Shown: positions 52,978 to 64,000 of the stretch, piece by piece | Position numbering within the stretch: the stretch's first letter is position 1 | Layout: each line of letters begins with the position of its first letter | From: Octopus sinensis | Taxonomy: Eukaryota | Reading direction: 5' to 3' | Assembly (NCBI RefSeq): GCF_006345805.1 | Contig: NC_042999.1 | Span: 53,506,001 to 53,570,000, forward strand | Length of the DNA: 64,000 nucleotides | The notes under the pieces: model-generated | What the model saw: only the letters and a program-made list of their open reading frames with translations | What the model was told of the DNA's origin: nothing | Database searches by the model: none | Position numbers and translations under genes: made by a program

Positions 52978-53939
52978 ATATATATGAACAGAGATGAAAA
53001 TTAATTTTATTCCCATCAATTAGTTTGTTAATTCAGCAAAAAGTGATGATAAAACTTCCATCGTTGATACAAAGGCTTTTTCTTTTGAGAAGATTCACGG
53101 AATATTTTGTTTCTCTTCGAGCATATTTCCCGAAAGTTTATACTTGAATCTTTATGAAGAAATTGTTGACAATAGGGCGAAAAACTCGGATCTTGTGAAT
53201 TTCCCGAAAAGGTACCTCCCCCACCGTTGCTTTCAATGCATTTTGTTCCTCATATACGCTTCCTACTCATTTATCTACATCCGTTGCACAAATTCTTTTT
53301 ATATTTTGTTCCCGAGTAATATTGTAAACATTAATCAATATTTTAAATGCTTGCCGAGTGGTAATTAATTCTTAATATTTACCGTTGCATGTGAGTACCA
53401 TTTCTATAGCTCTGTCAATGTATTCGCTGTGTTTTTTTTTATTTCTTCTTTCATTCATTTGTGAGTCTCAAATAAAAACATGTATGCGTGTGCGCATATT
53501 CGTGAGAAAGTCTGGCTATTTTTATACCTCACGCTGTGTAAATAAGATACGAATATTGTCATCATAATACAATCGCCTGTCTCACTATTATTTTCATAAC
53601 ATTCTATTTAATTAATAAATATTTAATTCCAATTTTTCCATGGAAGAGGAATGGTCTAATTATAGAAGAACTGCAAAATGTTTGAGTTAGCAATTCATAG
53701 AACAAAAAGAAGAGCAACGTAAAAGGAACACAAAGACGGTGTCAGCTCCCTCTGGCGCAGTCACGGGAGCGAAGAATGCAAATTTTAAAACAAGATGCTG
53801 TTTTGCATAGAATTGCAAGAGAATAACTGCCACAAGAACAACGTGAGCAGAGTTTAGAACAAGATGCAGCTCAACACAGAAGACATCGGCAAATCAAAAA
53901 TAGGCTGACTCTTAATATAGCTCGACAATATGATAGAGA

Positions 53940-54230
53940 TGGACTTCTGTACGTTCTACACGTTGCTCGCCATTGTTGCGGCCTCATGGAAGTGCGTTGC
54001 CACCACTGCAATGCTTTGATCTTTATTGGAGAGCGTAAAGGAGGAACAATGAACAATCCCAGTTTTGGTATATGCTGTAAATCAGGAATAATAAAAATTG
54101 AGTTACCGAACGAACTTGTTGATCTCTTTCTTTCTTATACTCTTGAAGCAAAATATTTCAAATGTAACATTCAACAGCGCAATGGCAATGTGTTCTATGG
54201 AAGTAGATGACACTTCAATTCTGAGAGGAA
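53940..54230 (+). pseudogene. Helitron RepHel N-terminal cysteine-rich region
   Basis: MEVRCHHCNALIFIGE..FGICCKSG..ELVDLF..AKYFKCNI. Confidence 0.8.
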
Positions 54231-55209
54231 TCACAAATCTACTACATATATGGGGAATTCTCTCTGTAGGTGTGTTTGTGGTGTTGTTAGCAAACTCCTC
54301 CTACATCGTTTTATCGATTTTGATAAAACTTGAACGTGATTAGAACTTGTGTTTGGAAATCTGTTAGTATACTTGAATTGTTGAAAAAGATCGATAATAG
54401 CGCTCCTGAAAGGAGTCCTTATATATATCTTAAATATTTCAGCTTAACAGCCAAGGGAAATAACCCATTAGCCCAGATTTTAACAGCCAAGAGAAATAAC
54501 CCATTCATTTTCCTAAATCATTTGGTATGTATCAAATTGAGTATGCTTGTTTCTTAGTATTTGAACTGTTAGAGTAATTTTCACAATTTATCCAGTTCAA
54601 TCCTTAAATAAGTAAATAGTATTTGCCTAAACAATAGATCCACTTATTTTGGTTAGTGACTTATTAACGAATATACAAACACTAGCGCCGCTGAGGGTAA
54701 TATTCTCTGGGAACGCACAAAAGCCGTTTTCAGAGTTATTTACTTTGAATTGTTATTATCTCATATCTGATGAGCCTATTATTTCATAACATGCTTCACG
54801 ATTTTAGTATACATACATTATTAGTATTTCCTCCTAAGTTCTATATACTATGGGAACGCATTGAAGCACTTTTGGGGGCTACTTTATTTGAATTCTTACT
54901 ATCGGGTAATTACTTTCCTGTTATTACATAATTGACTTCACAATTTGGGTATTCATAACTTATTGGAAATTCCTAAAAGGAGATCCTGTGTAAGACAGTT
55001 CGGTATTCTCTGTAAATGCACAAAAACCGTTTTCTATGATTATGAAGAACAAATAAGAAGATGAATTCAAAGAATGCCTCTTGACAATGCAAACCAAGCC
55101 TTCGATGTAAACATATTTCGAAAAATTCATTTTTCTACGATGTCTGCTGGAAATACAATCTTTTCTATCAGTGCAGGAGCAAATTGACGCCGGGAATATT
55201 CCGCTCATG

Positions 55210-56400
55210 TGTCAGTTGGCTTACATGCGGATAAAAAACCTCATGGGGAACACTCCAGGAGATATAATCCACCAACTTTTAGTGAGATTGATATTCTTAT
55301 ACAAAATAATTTTGATGAGGACATGAATTGTTCAGAACGAGTGGTCGTAAAAAGAATTCAGAGCAGAGAATAAATATATAGTGACTCGCATTGATCATAT
55401 GACACAATGATGTAACCGTGTTTTTTTCCTTGTGGTGCCGCCTTCGATTAATGAATGAAAATGTCAACCGTCAAATTTCAATAGTTCAATTTTATTGTTA
55501 TCGCATCACAAAAAGAACAGGATCTACAAATATATTGCAATTAGGTCGGCGTTTATTTCAGCAATACTGTGTAGATCTATTTGCCAAAGTAAAACCCACC
55601 TGCTACGATATGTTCGTAACAATCAAGTAACTTTAAGAGCTGATTTATATAATGGCTTACAAGATGCTATACTTGCAGGTGATAGTGATCGTACAGGTCG
55701 TAGATATATATATTACCAAGTCCGTTTACAGGAAGTCTGCGATATATGACAAAGCACTTCCAGGATGCAATGGCCATAGTTAGAAATTTGGCACACCTAC
55801 TTTATTTCTGATTTTTACATGCAACCCTAGATGGCATTAAATAGTTAACGAGCTTTCTGTGGGCCAGACGGCAGTTAACCGACCAGATATCACTGCAAGA
55901 GTATTTAAGTTAAAGCAACTGCAACAATTGCGCGATATCAAATCAAGTGTCCTTGGGAAACATATTGCTCATGTGAACACAGCGGAATTTTAAGAAAGAG
56001 GATAACCTCATTGCCATTTTTTATTCATAATACAAAATCATCACAACACATGGCAAAAAATTGCATAAACTGTCACAGCTGAAATTCCTAATCCCGAAAA
56101 TCCAAGCATTTATTATTATTATTTTTGGTGTAAAAATAATAAAGGTTGGAGAATTGTTAGACAAAGTGACGATATTCTAGAAGCTATTGGTAGTGTGTAC
56201 ACAGTACATCCATCGCAAGGGGAGCTGTTTTATCTTAAATTATTACCTCAACATAAAGCGGGAGCGACGAGCTTTGAAAATTTAATCACAATTAACAGTA
56301 TTGTTTGAGAAAATTTTAAGCACGCATGTCGAATGACGAATCTATTAAAAAATGATCAAGAATAGCAACTTTGTCTAAATGAGGAAAGAACAATATGTTC
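55210..56400 (+). pseudogene. Helitron Rep (HUH) domain fragments
   Basis: GEHSRRYNPPT; GRRLFQQYCVD; LRADLYNGLQDA; LPSPFTGS; FQDAMAIVR; FTCNP; RPDITARVF; EF*ERG..PHCHFL; GELFYLKLL..GATSFENL. Confidence 0.9.
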
Positions 56401-56688
56401 GGTGAATGATTTACGAAATTTGTTTTACAATATTCTTCAGTTTTGCTCTCCATCCAAACCACTAGAATTATACAACATGTTTCGCGAAGATCTTTTCCAA
56501 GATTACTTCCATCAAATGAGACAACACAATTTCTCTCATGAAGCAGCTTTGGGCATTGCTCTGAATTAAATGCTGTGTGAGTTGGATCATCGCATGGGTC
56601 ATCATGACCGTAGTACAATATTTTTTCTGGATTACCAGCTGCCATTCATGATCTCCGAATTAATAATCTTCTATTTCATGAAGATGAG

Positions 56689-57860
56689 ATGGATTCAAAT
56701 GCCGAAGAACTTTTCAGTGTTAACATCCATATGCTAAATTATGCACACTTGATTGTTTGGGACGAGGCCCCCATGTGTCATCGTTATCTATCTGAAACGC
56801 TGAATCGAACGCTGAAGGATATAATGAACAACGATTTGATCTCTGATGGCAAATTGATACTTTTAGGTAGTGATTTCCGTCAAATTCGAAGAGCACGAAG
56901 GTCTTCTCTAATTTGAACATGTTTGAAAAAATCTGTAATTTGGCATGAATGCGAAGTACTTCATCTCACCACTAATATGAGAGTTCAAAACTGTCTCAGC
57001 AATAATGATATCACCTCTCAAGATGGACTGCCATATCATTCTGTTTGGTTAGTGCAAGTTGGTCATGGAATTTTCAAAGGCAATTACATGATCATGTAGG
57101 AAATATTCCTCAGCAATTTCAAGTCAACAGCAAGGAAGATTTGATCAACCATGTCTATAAAGATTTAGAGGTTAATTTTAACAATGCCCAATGGTTATCA
57201 TCACGAGCAATATTAACAACAAAGAATGAAGAATTTGACAATCTAAAAACCACATAATCCAGAAATTTCCAGTTGAGACATATACTCAGGCGTACTGATT
57301 CCGTTGCAGAAGATCAATAATCTGCACTCTATCATCCTGAATTTCTGAATTCTCTTAATACAAGTGGCATGTCACCTCACATTATCAACTTAAAAACGGG
57401 TGTTCCTTTAATGTTGCTAAGAAACTTAGATCAGAGAAATGGGCACTGCAATGGCGCACGTTATAGAGTGTTATCGGTGTCAGATAATATGATCACTGCA
57501 AGTAAAATAACTGGTGTTTATGTAGGACACACACTTTTGATTCCCCGCATTATTCTGTAACCATCTGATACCGATTTGTCCATTACATTGAAAAGACGCC
57601 AATTTCCAGTGAGACCTGCTTTCGCGATATCTATAAACAAAAGTCAAGTTCAAAGCCTTTCTAATTGCGGCATCTACATGCCTGCGCCCGTATTTATTCA
57701 TGGCCGGTTATATGTCGCCCTTAGTAGAGTTGGGGATCCAGTGAATCTTAAAACATTTGATGAGCAAAAAGAATTTACCAGATCAGGAACAAGTAGACCG
57801 TCATAGGGAAAATGTAAGAAGACTTACGTGTAATGTTGTCTACACGGAAAGAGTGTCAAT
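56689..57860 (+). pseudogene. Helitron Pif1-like SF1 helicase fragments; Walker A missing
   Basis: IVWDEAPM; GSDFRQI; LTTNMRV; RAILTTKN; PEFLNSL..GMSPH..LKTGVPLMLLRNL..CNGAR; LIPRI; RRQFPVRPAFAISINKSQ; HGRLYVALSRV. Confidence 0.95.
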
Positions 57861-58069
57861 ATTGATATTCTGCTTGTGTAAAAAGTAAGATTTGTTTAAT
57901 ATTTTCTTTGTTATTTTATAACTGATTTTGTACAGTATTTACATAAATAAGAATATGTAAATATATTATCAAATTATATCTTTTGTGTATTTCTCAAACA
58001 ATAGTTGAATTAAATTGAAATGTTATTTTAAACATAGCATTGTTTTTTTCATTATTGACGGGTCATGCA

Positions 58070-58090
58070 TTACTACTACTCCTACTACTC

Positions 58091-58135
<45 letters not shown>

Positions 58136-58278
58136 TTACTACTACTACTACTACTAATAATAATAATAATAATAATGATGATGATGATGATGATGATGAT
58201 GATAACAACAACAACAACAACAATAACAACAACAATAACAACAACAATAATAATAATAACAATAATAATAATAATAAT
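58070..58278. repeat. Compound trinucleotide microsatellite (ACT)(AAT)(GAT)(AAC)(AAT)
   Basis: Direct reading. Confidence 0.95.
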
Positions 58279-58307
58279 CCAGCGAATCACAATAAGAACC
58301 AAAATAA

Positions 58308-58770
58308 TGGTTTCAATTTTAGGCACAAGGGCAACAATCTCAGGCAAGGGGATAATACGATTACAACGACCCTAGTTTTTCACAGGCACTAATTTTATCG
58401 ACCCCGAAAAGATGAAAGGCAAAGTCGACCTCGGTGGAATTTGAACTCAGAACGTGCAGACGGACGAAATACCGCCAAGCATTGTGCCCAGTCTGAGAAC
58501 GACTCTGCCAACTTCCACCTTAAAACATAATGAATTTTACCAGATTGTACAATTATATGAGACAAAATACTGGTTTCAAATTTGGCACAAGGCCGGTAAG
58601 AACGAGGAAGGGAATAAGTCGATTACATCGACCTCCGGTGCTTGACTGGTATTTACTTTGTCACACCCGAAGGGACAGGATAAAAGTCGACTCGGCGGTA
58701 ATTTGAACGCAAAACGTAAAAACGCACGAAATACTGCTAAACATTGTGCTCGCACTGCAAGCCATTATTT
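58308..58770 (-). mobile_element. Two tandem degenerate SINE family B copies (about 58308-58521 and 58570-58770)
   Basis: gatgaaaggcaaagtcgacctcggtggaatttgaactcagaacg and aaagtcgactcggcggtaatttgaacgc. Confidence 0.8.
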
Positions 58771-59535
58771 CAGGTCGTCCTTAATAACAACCAAAATAAT
58801 GTTCTGAAATTGTCATTATTTAGTCGTAGCATAACCGTGTTCGATTACAACGGTGTTCAAAGATTGCAAGGCTATGATCAACGCCTGCTTATCTGTACTG
58901 TACATAAAATGTTACACAAACGTACACGTAATAACAACAATAACAACACACACATATACGTACACGCACGCACACATATATACACACGCACCATATGCAT
59001 ATACAACTACTGTAGCTTTTTTTAGTGGGACTTCACAATATTTTTGAATCTTTTCTTAGTAGAAGGCTATATCATCGGTGAACACTCAGTTATTTTTCTT
59101 TAAAATATTCCAAAAGAATAACATTATTTTGAATTCTGTGTTTGTGAGGGGAATACACAACCGTCTTTCCAACGGTCTGAACCGACCATTTTCACCCAGA
59201 ACACATTTAGTCACGTACATCTCTTCTAGAAGACACCTGTACACGCAAAACTCTTTTGGTTACAAAACAAATCTCTTAATTAAAAGATGTTTGCAAAATT
59301 ATATATTATAATTGTATAAACCGTTTATGATATAATAACATTCGGTCAGCGGCAAACTGGACACACGAAGTCATCAATCTAAACACATGGAAGTAATGTA
59401 GCTAAGGTGGACATCTTTACCGTTGTCTTTTGAATATTTAAAATTAGGAGTCAAATAATCCTGAAATCATAGCAGGTAGTCTTCAGAGCAGCAGAACACA
59501 TTGTAGAAATTAATCCTATGTTCGTACCGCTGGTA

Positions 59536-59847
59536 GAGGAGGCGCAATGGACCAGTGGTTAGAACAGCGGACTCGCGGGCGGACGATCGCGGTTTTGATT
59601 CCCACACCGGGCGTTGTGTGTGTTTATTGAGCAAAAACACCTAAAGCTCAACAAGGCTCTGGCAGGGGTGGTGGCGACCCTTGTTGTACACTTTCGCCCC
59701 AACTTTCTCTCACTCTTTCTTCATGCTTCTTGAGTAACGCTAGGATGGACTGGCGTCCCGACCAACTGGAGGGGGATACGTCAGAGAAACCAGGAAACCG
59801 GGCCCATGAGCCTGGCTAGGCTCGAAAGGGGCGAAATAATAAATAAG
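59536..59847 (+). mobile_element. tRNA-derived SINE, family D (V-domain-like), with a perfect 12-bp TSD
   Basis: Head ggcgcaatggaccagtggttag...ggttttgattccc; gatggactggcgtcccg motif; gtaccgctggta at 59524-59535 and 59848-59859. Confidence 0.9.
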
Positions 59848-60532
59848 GTACCGCTGGTAAACGGAAGGGATATAGCACGAATATATTTTATCCTATGCTG
59901 ACTTTATTCTAGCTTGTTCAGCACGTCAACTGAAAGGAAATAAAACTTTAAATCTAAACAAGCAGAAATGGATATTAAATAGTGTGTGGCCAACAAGAAC
60001 AGCAGAAAACAAGAATAAAAGGAGGGAAAAAAATCCCCAGCTAAATCTACATATGATACAGTGATAGGGTTAGTTTAATCCGATCAGTGATGCTATGTAT
60101 CACGTGTAACCTCCAACTGTGTAATCTGTGTCTTAATAGAGTTAATCTGATAATAACTTAAAAAGTCAGCAATTTGGTAGCGTCTCGGTGTTGTGGTTTA
60201 ATTATTTAACGAGGTTATATAAATCTGCCGATACAACATTCCATCAACTACTTCAGTTAAATGAACGACAGTCGCGTTACTAGAGAGAGAAATAAACTTA
60301 AAGAGTATTCTCTTCTATAAACAAACTACGAAGCAATAGGAATTCCCTGATGTGGTTCTCCAACATGCTAGTAATAGTAGCCAATGTTCCCTTACATCAC
60401 ACTTCACTGTCTTAGGAGAAGTCAATCGGTAATATAGACTGAGATTGTAGCTGACAATGAAACAGGATGATGAAGGTTCGAATGCTTTTGAACTTAATCT
60501 CACACAACTGACCCCTGTGGTGGTAACTGACT

Positions 60533-60850
60533 GGCACTCCGTCGATTACGACGATGAGTGTTCCAGTTAATCCAATCAACAGTGCAGCCAACTCGTAAAA
60601 TTAACCTGCAAGTGGCTGAGGACTCCACAGAAATACATAACCTTAACTAAGTTCTCAGAATGATTCAGTGTGACGCAGAATGTGACAAGAGTAACCCTTC
60701 GAAACAGAGGTATAACTGCTTTTTTGTCACTTGAGTGGAATAGGGCAACTGGTAATAAAGTGTCTTGCTCAAGGACAACACGTAGCCAGCTATGGAACTC
60801 AAGGCCTCAACATCGTGAAGCGATTACCCCTAATCACTAATCCAAACGCC
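60533..60850 (-). mobile_element. SINE family C, degenerate
   Basis: Homologous to 1295-1600; aagtgtcttgctcaaggaca motif. Confidence 0.75.
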
Positions 60851-61315
60851 TTCAACGGGGGGGGGTAGTAAACAGCAAAGTTCCGACCACCAACAACGAC
60901 TACTACAATAGCAACACAATTTACACTAAACAACTTCAAATAATGAAAGTGATATACGTTCCATACCCTAACACCCACGATAACTGAAAATCCGCGAAGT
61001 AGAAGCAGTATTTTACTGTATATTTTTTTTTTTTTTAATAATTTGTATATATTTATTTTATTATAAGTGCAAAACAACACCACGGAATTGACGTAAGCTT
61101 AAATAATAAACCGCGATAGGTGAACTGCGATATGGCGGGGATTACTGTAGTTTATTTTATTAACGGCTAATAGAAAACTAATATATCTCCGATTGGCACT
61201 GAGTTTATTCTATTTATTTATATCTTTTTATATTTTGTCTTGATAGCTTAATTAGCAGTGAAACGACACCCCCTTCTCCTTTGTTCAATTCAGACTGAGT
61301 CCTTATCTGGGGGTC

Positions 61316-62965
61316 GATGCGGAAACTGGAGATTGACGAATGGCTAATAAGGGCTGTACAGGCCCTATACAGAGAGGCTGTCAGCAAGGTTAGGATTGGC
61401 AACGAATATAGTGAAGAATTCCGGGTAGAAGTAGGTGTACACCAAGGCTCAGCCCTCAGTCTCCTTTTATTCATCATAGTCCTCCAGGCAATAACAGAGG
61501 AATTCAAAACAGGTTGCCCCTGGAAGCTCCTCTATGCTGATAACCTGGCTCTCATAGCAGAATCACTACCGGAACTAGAAAAGAAATTTCGGGTGTGGAA
61601 GCAAGGGTTAGAATCAAAGGGCCTTAGAGTAAATGTAGACCAAAGTTATAGTAAGCAGAAAGGCGAACTCAGCACCCCCCCCCCCCTCGGGCAGGTGGCT
61701 CTGCTCGATCTGTAGGAAAGGTGTAGGTAGAAACTCCATAAGATGCACCCAGTGTAAGCTATGGACGCATAAGAGGTGCAGCAACATCAAAGGGAAATTA
61801 ACTGATAAGATAGCTTTCATGTGCGGCAGATGCATAGGGACAATAGACACCACAGATACTCAGAAAACAGATTCCATCATACTCCAGGGGGAGAAACTAG
61901 AAGTAGTTGATAGTTTCCGCTACCTGGGTGACGAAGTTAGTAGTGGAGGTGGATGCTCAGAGAGTGTCACCACTAGAATACGAATAGCCTGGGCAAAGTT
62001 TAGAAAGCTCCTACCCCTACTGGCGACAAAGGGTTTCTCACTCACAGTGAAAGGTAGATTGTATGATGCATGTGTGCGAACTGCCATGCTTCACGGTAGT
62101 GAAACATGGGCCGTGACTGCAGAGGACATGCGTAGACTTGAAAGAAATGAAGCTAGCATGATCCGCTGGATGTGTAATGTCAGTGTGCGCGCACGACAGA
62201 GGGTAAGCACCCTGAGAGAAATGCTAGACATAAGAAGCATCAGATGTGGTGTGCAAGAGCGACGCTTGCGATGGTATAGTCATGTACTGCGGATGGATGA
62301 GGAGGGATGTGTGAAGAAGTGCCGCTCCCAAACAGTTGAAGGTATCAGGAGGTGAGGTAGACCCAGGAAGACATGGGATGATGTAGTCAAGCATGACCTC
62401 AGAACGTTGGGCCTCACTGAAACAATGGCGAAGGGCCGAGATCTCTGGAGATATGCTGTGACTGCAAAGAACCGGGCTGCTTCCTGCACCAGCTCCGCAT
62501 AGCCTCTGCCCATTCAAAGTACTTTGGATTCCAGAACATCCCGCTGTGCTTGAGGAGGCCTGTTGAGTCAAGTACATGAACATCGAAATAAATATCAATG
62601 GAAATAGTAGTTGTGGCCGATGCCAGCGCCGCCTCGACTGGCTTCTGTGCCGGTGGCACATAAAAAGCACCATCCGAACGTGGCCGATGCCAGCGCCGCC
62701 ATGGCTGGCTTCCGTGCCGGTGGCACGTTAAAAGCACCAACCGATCGTGGCCGATGGCAGACTCCACTGGCACATGTGCCAAAGGCACGTAAAAAGCACC
62801 CACTACACTCGCAAAGTGGTTGGCGTTAGGAAGGATATCCAGCTGTAGAAACACTGCCAGATCAGACCGGAGCCTGGTGCAGCCCCTGGCTTCCCAGACA
62901 CCGGTCGAACCGTCCAACCCGTGCTAGCGCGGAAAACGGACGTTAAACGATGATGATGATGATTG
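61316..62965 (+). mobile_element. RTE-clade LINE, 5'-truncated, with 3' UTR and (GAT)n tail
   Basis: VGVHQGSALSLLLF; LLYADNL (catalytic D mutated); FRYLG; MLHGSETW; RRLRWYSHVLRM; GRPRKTW-like; tail gttaaacgatgatgatgat. Confidence 0.92.
62612..62800 (+). repeat. Three tandem units of about 67 bp in the RTE 3' UTR
   Basis: gtggccgatg...gtgccggtggcacgtaaaaagcacc repeated three times. Confidence 0.85.
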
Positions 62966-64000
62966 ATTGGGGTGAGACGAAATTATTATCTTCAGGCTTG
63001 TAAACTAAGAGAAAGGTTTGTAATAGAACAGATGTAGCTGAAGCCAGCCAAGGTCCAAGCCTGGTGGTGTTAAATCAAGAGCAACTGATGAAGACTACGT
63101 CACAAGAAAAGTTTTATTCATCTTGACAGGGTTCCACACAGATTTTGTTTACTTCCACATGAAACGCTGGACATCTCAAGATTATTTTAGAAAAACGCAC
63201 AACTTTGGCCAAAGTGCTGTACAATGGAGATTGATCTTAAAATAATTAGTTGGTTGTCAAACTTCTTCCTCATACAAATTTCTGACAGCAAAAAAAAACA
63301 TCGAACATTTTCAAACCGAATTAAATCTGAGATATCAATAAAGAGAAAGTAAAGGAGAAAGAGGAAGATAGAGAGAGTGAGATAGGAGGAACGAGAGGTG
63401 CAGTTACAGGGAAAGAGAGAGAGAGAGAGAGAAGCAAAAAGTCTTTAACATCGAATTGCTTTCTGTTTTTCTTTTCTCGTTGTATTTGTATTGGTGTAAA
63501 ATCCAGCGTTAGCGAGATGCTTTATTTGGGAAGTATAATGTTGCGTTAAGAAACCCATGCATTGGTTTTCACTACTGTTTTAGTGTCATCAGTTGACTAA
63601 GCAAATTCACTGCCCAATTTATCGTTTGAATTATCATCTGTTGATTCAATCGATGTTAGTTTTCCAGAGCTCTTAAGTCGCCATTTAAGATCTCAAAAAA
63701 CAAATGCCGTCGATACTCCTGGTCTGTCTCGTCTCCAATGACTGGATAATTTTCTGGAATTCTTCGACACCAAATCACAATATTTGCTGTTAGTTGATAT
63801 GTTCCGTGCATATCCTTTGAACAGTACATATGATATTAGAAATAGTATATTTCTAAATCTCTCAGAGAGATTTATGCAGTAGCAGAACAACAAAGTGATG
63901 GTATGTTGCCAACTTAATGTGATAGTCCCATAAAAGGGAAGAATGCTATTGTTATTTAGCCCAAGGAAACAGAGTTTCCTAGGGATAAATAACAGTTGCC

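Larger units (their letters stand above)
51837..57860 (+). mobile_element. Decayed autonomous Helitron (RepHel) with internal insertions and deletions
   Basis: Putative 5' end A|TCttatactataataag; zinc-finger-like N-terminus, HUH Rep and Pif1-type helicase motifs in order; no clear 3' CTAG end. Confidence 0.9.

Noticed and set aside
63080-63120. CTGATGA...GAAA hammerhead-like string
   Set aside because: Four unpaired bases separate helix II from GAAA and there is no convincing helix I or III.

Overview
AT-rich, microsatellite-dense eukaryotic DNA. The repeat families look like those of an octopus-type cephalopod (inference). I found no convincing host protein-coding exon, rRNA, true tRNA gene or CRISPR array, and most listed ORFs are translations of (TA)n, (TG)n, (GATA)n or (TAA)n tracts. 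The window is a mosaic of mobile-element relics: four tRNA-derived SINE families; R4/Dong-like restriction-endonuclease retrotransposons sitting in (TAA)n tracts, one nearly full length; a Penelope-like RT/GIY-YIG fragment plus many Penelope-type terminal fragments; RTE-like LINE fragments, one with a PHD finger inside the RT; a decayed autonomous Helitron and non-autonomous Helitron ends; Tc1 and pogo-like ends; and a probable ancient L1/Tx1 relic. The most interesting signal is a set of about ten type I hammerhead-ribozyme folds, read by eye. They include C3-G8, U3-A8 and G3-C8 core variants, two sit in fold-back palindromes, and one appears to be the tail of a tRNA-headed element that was split by Dong insertions.
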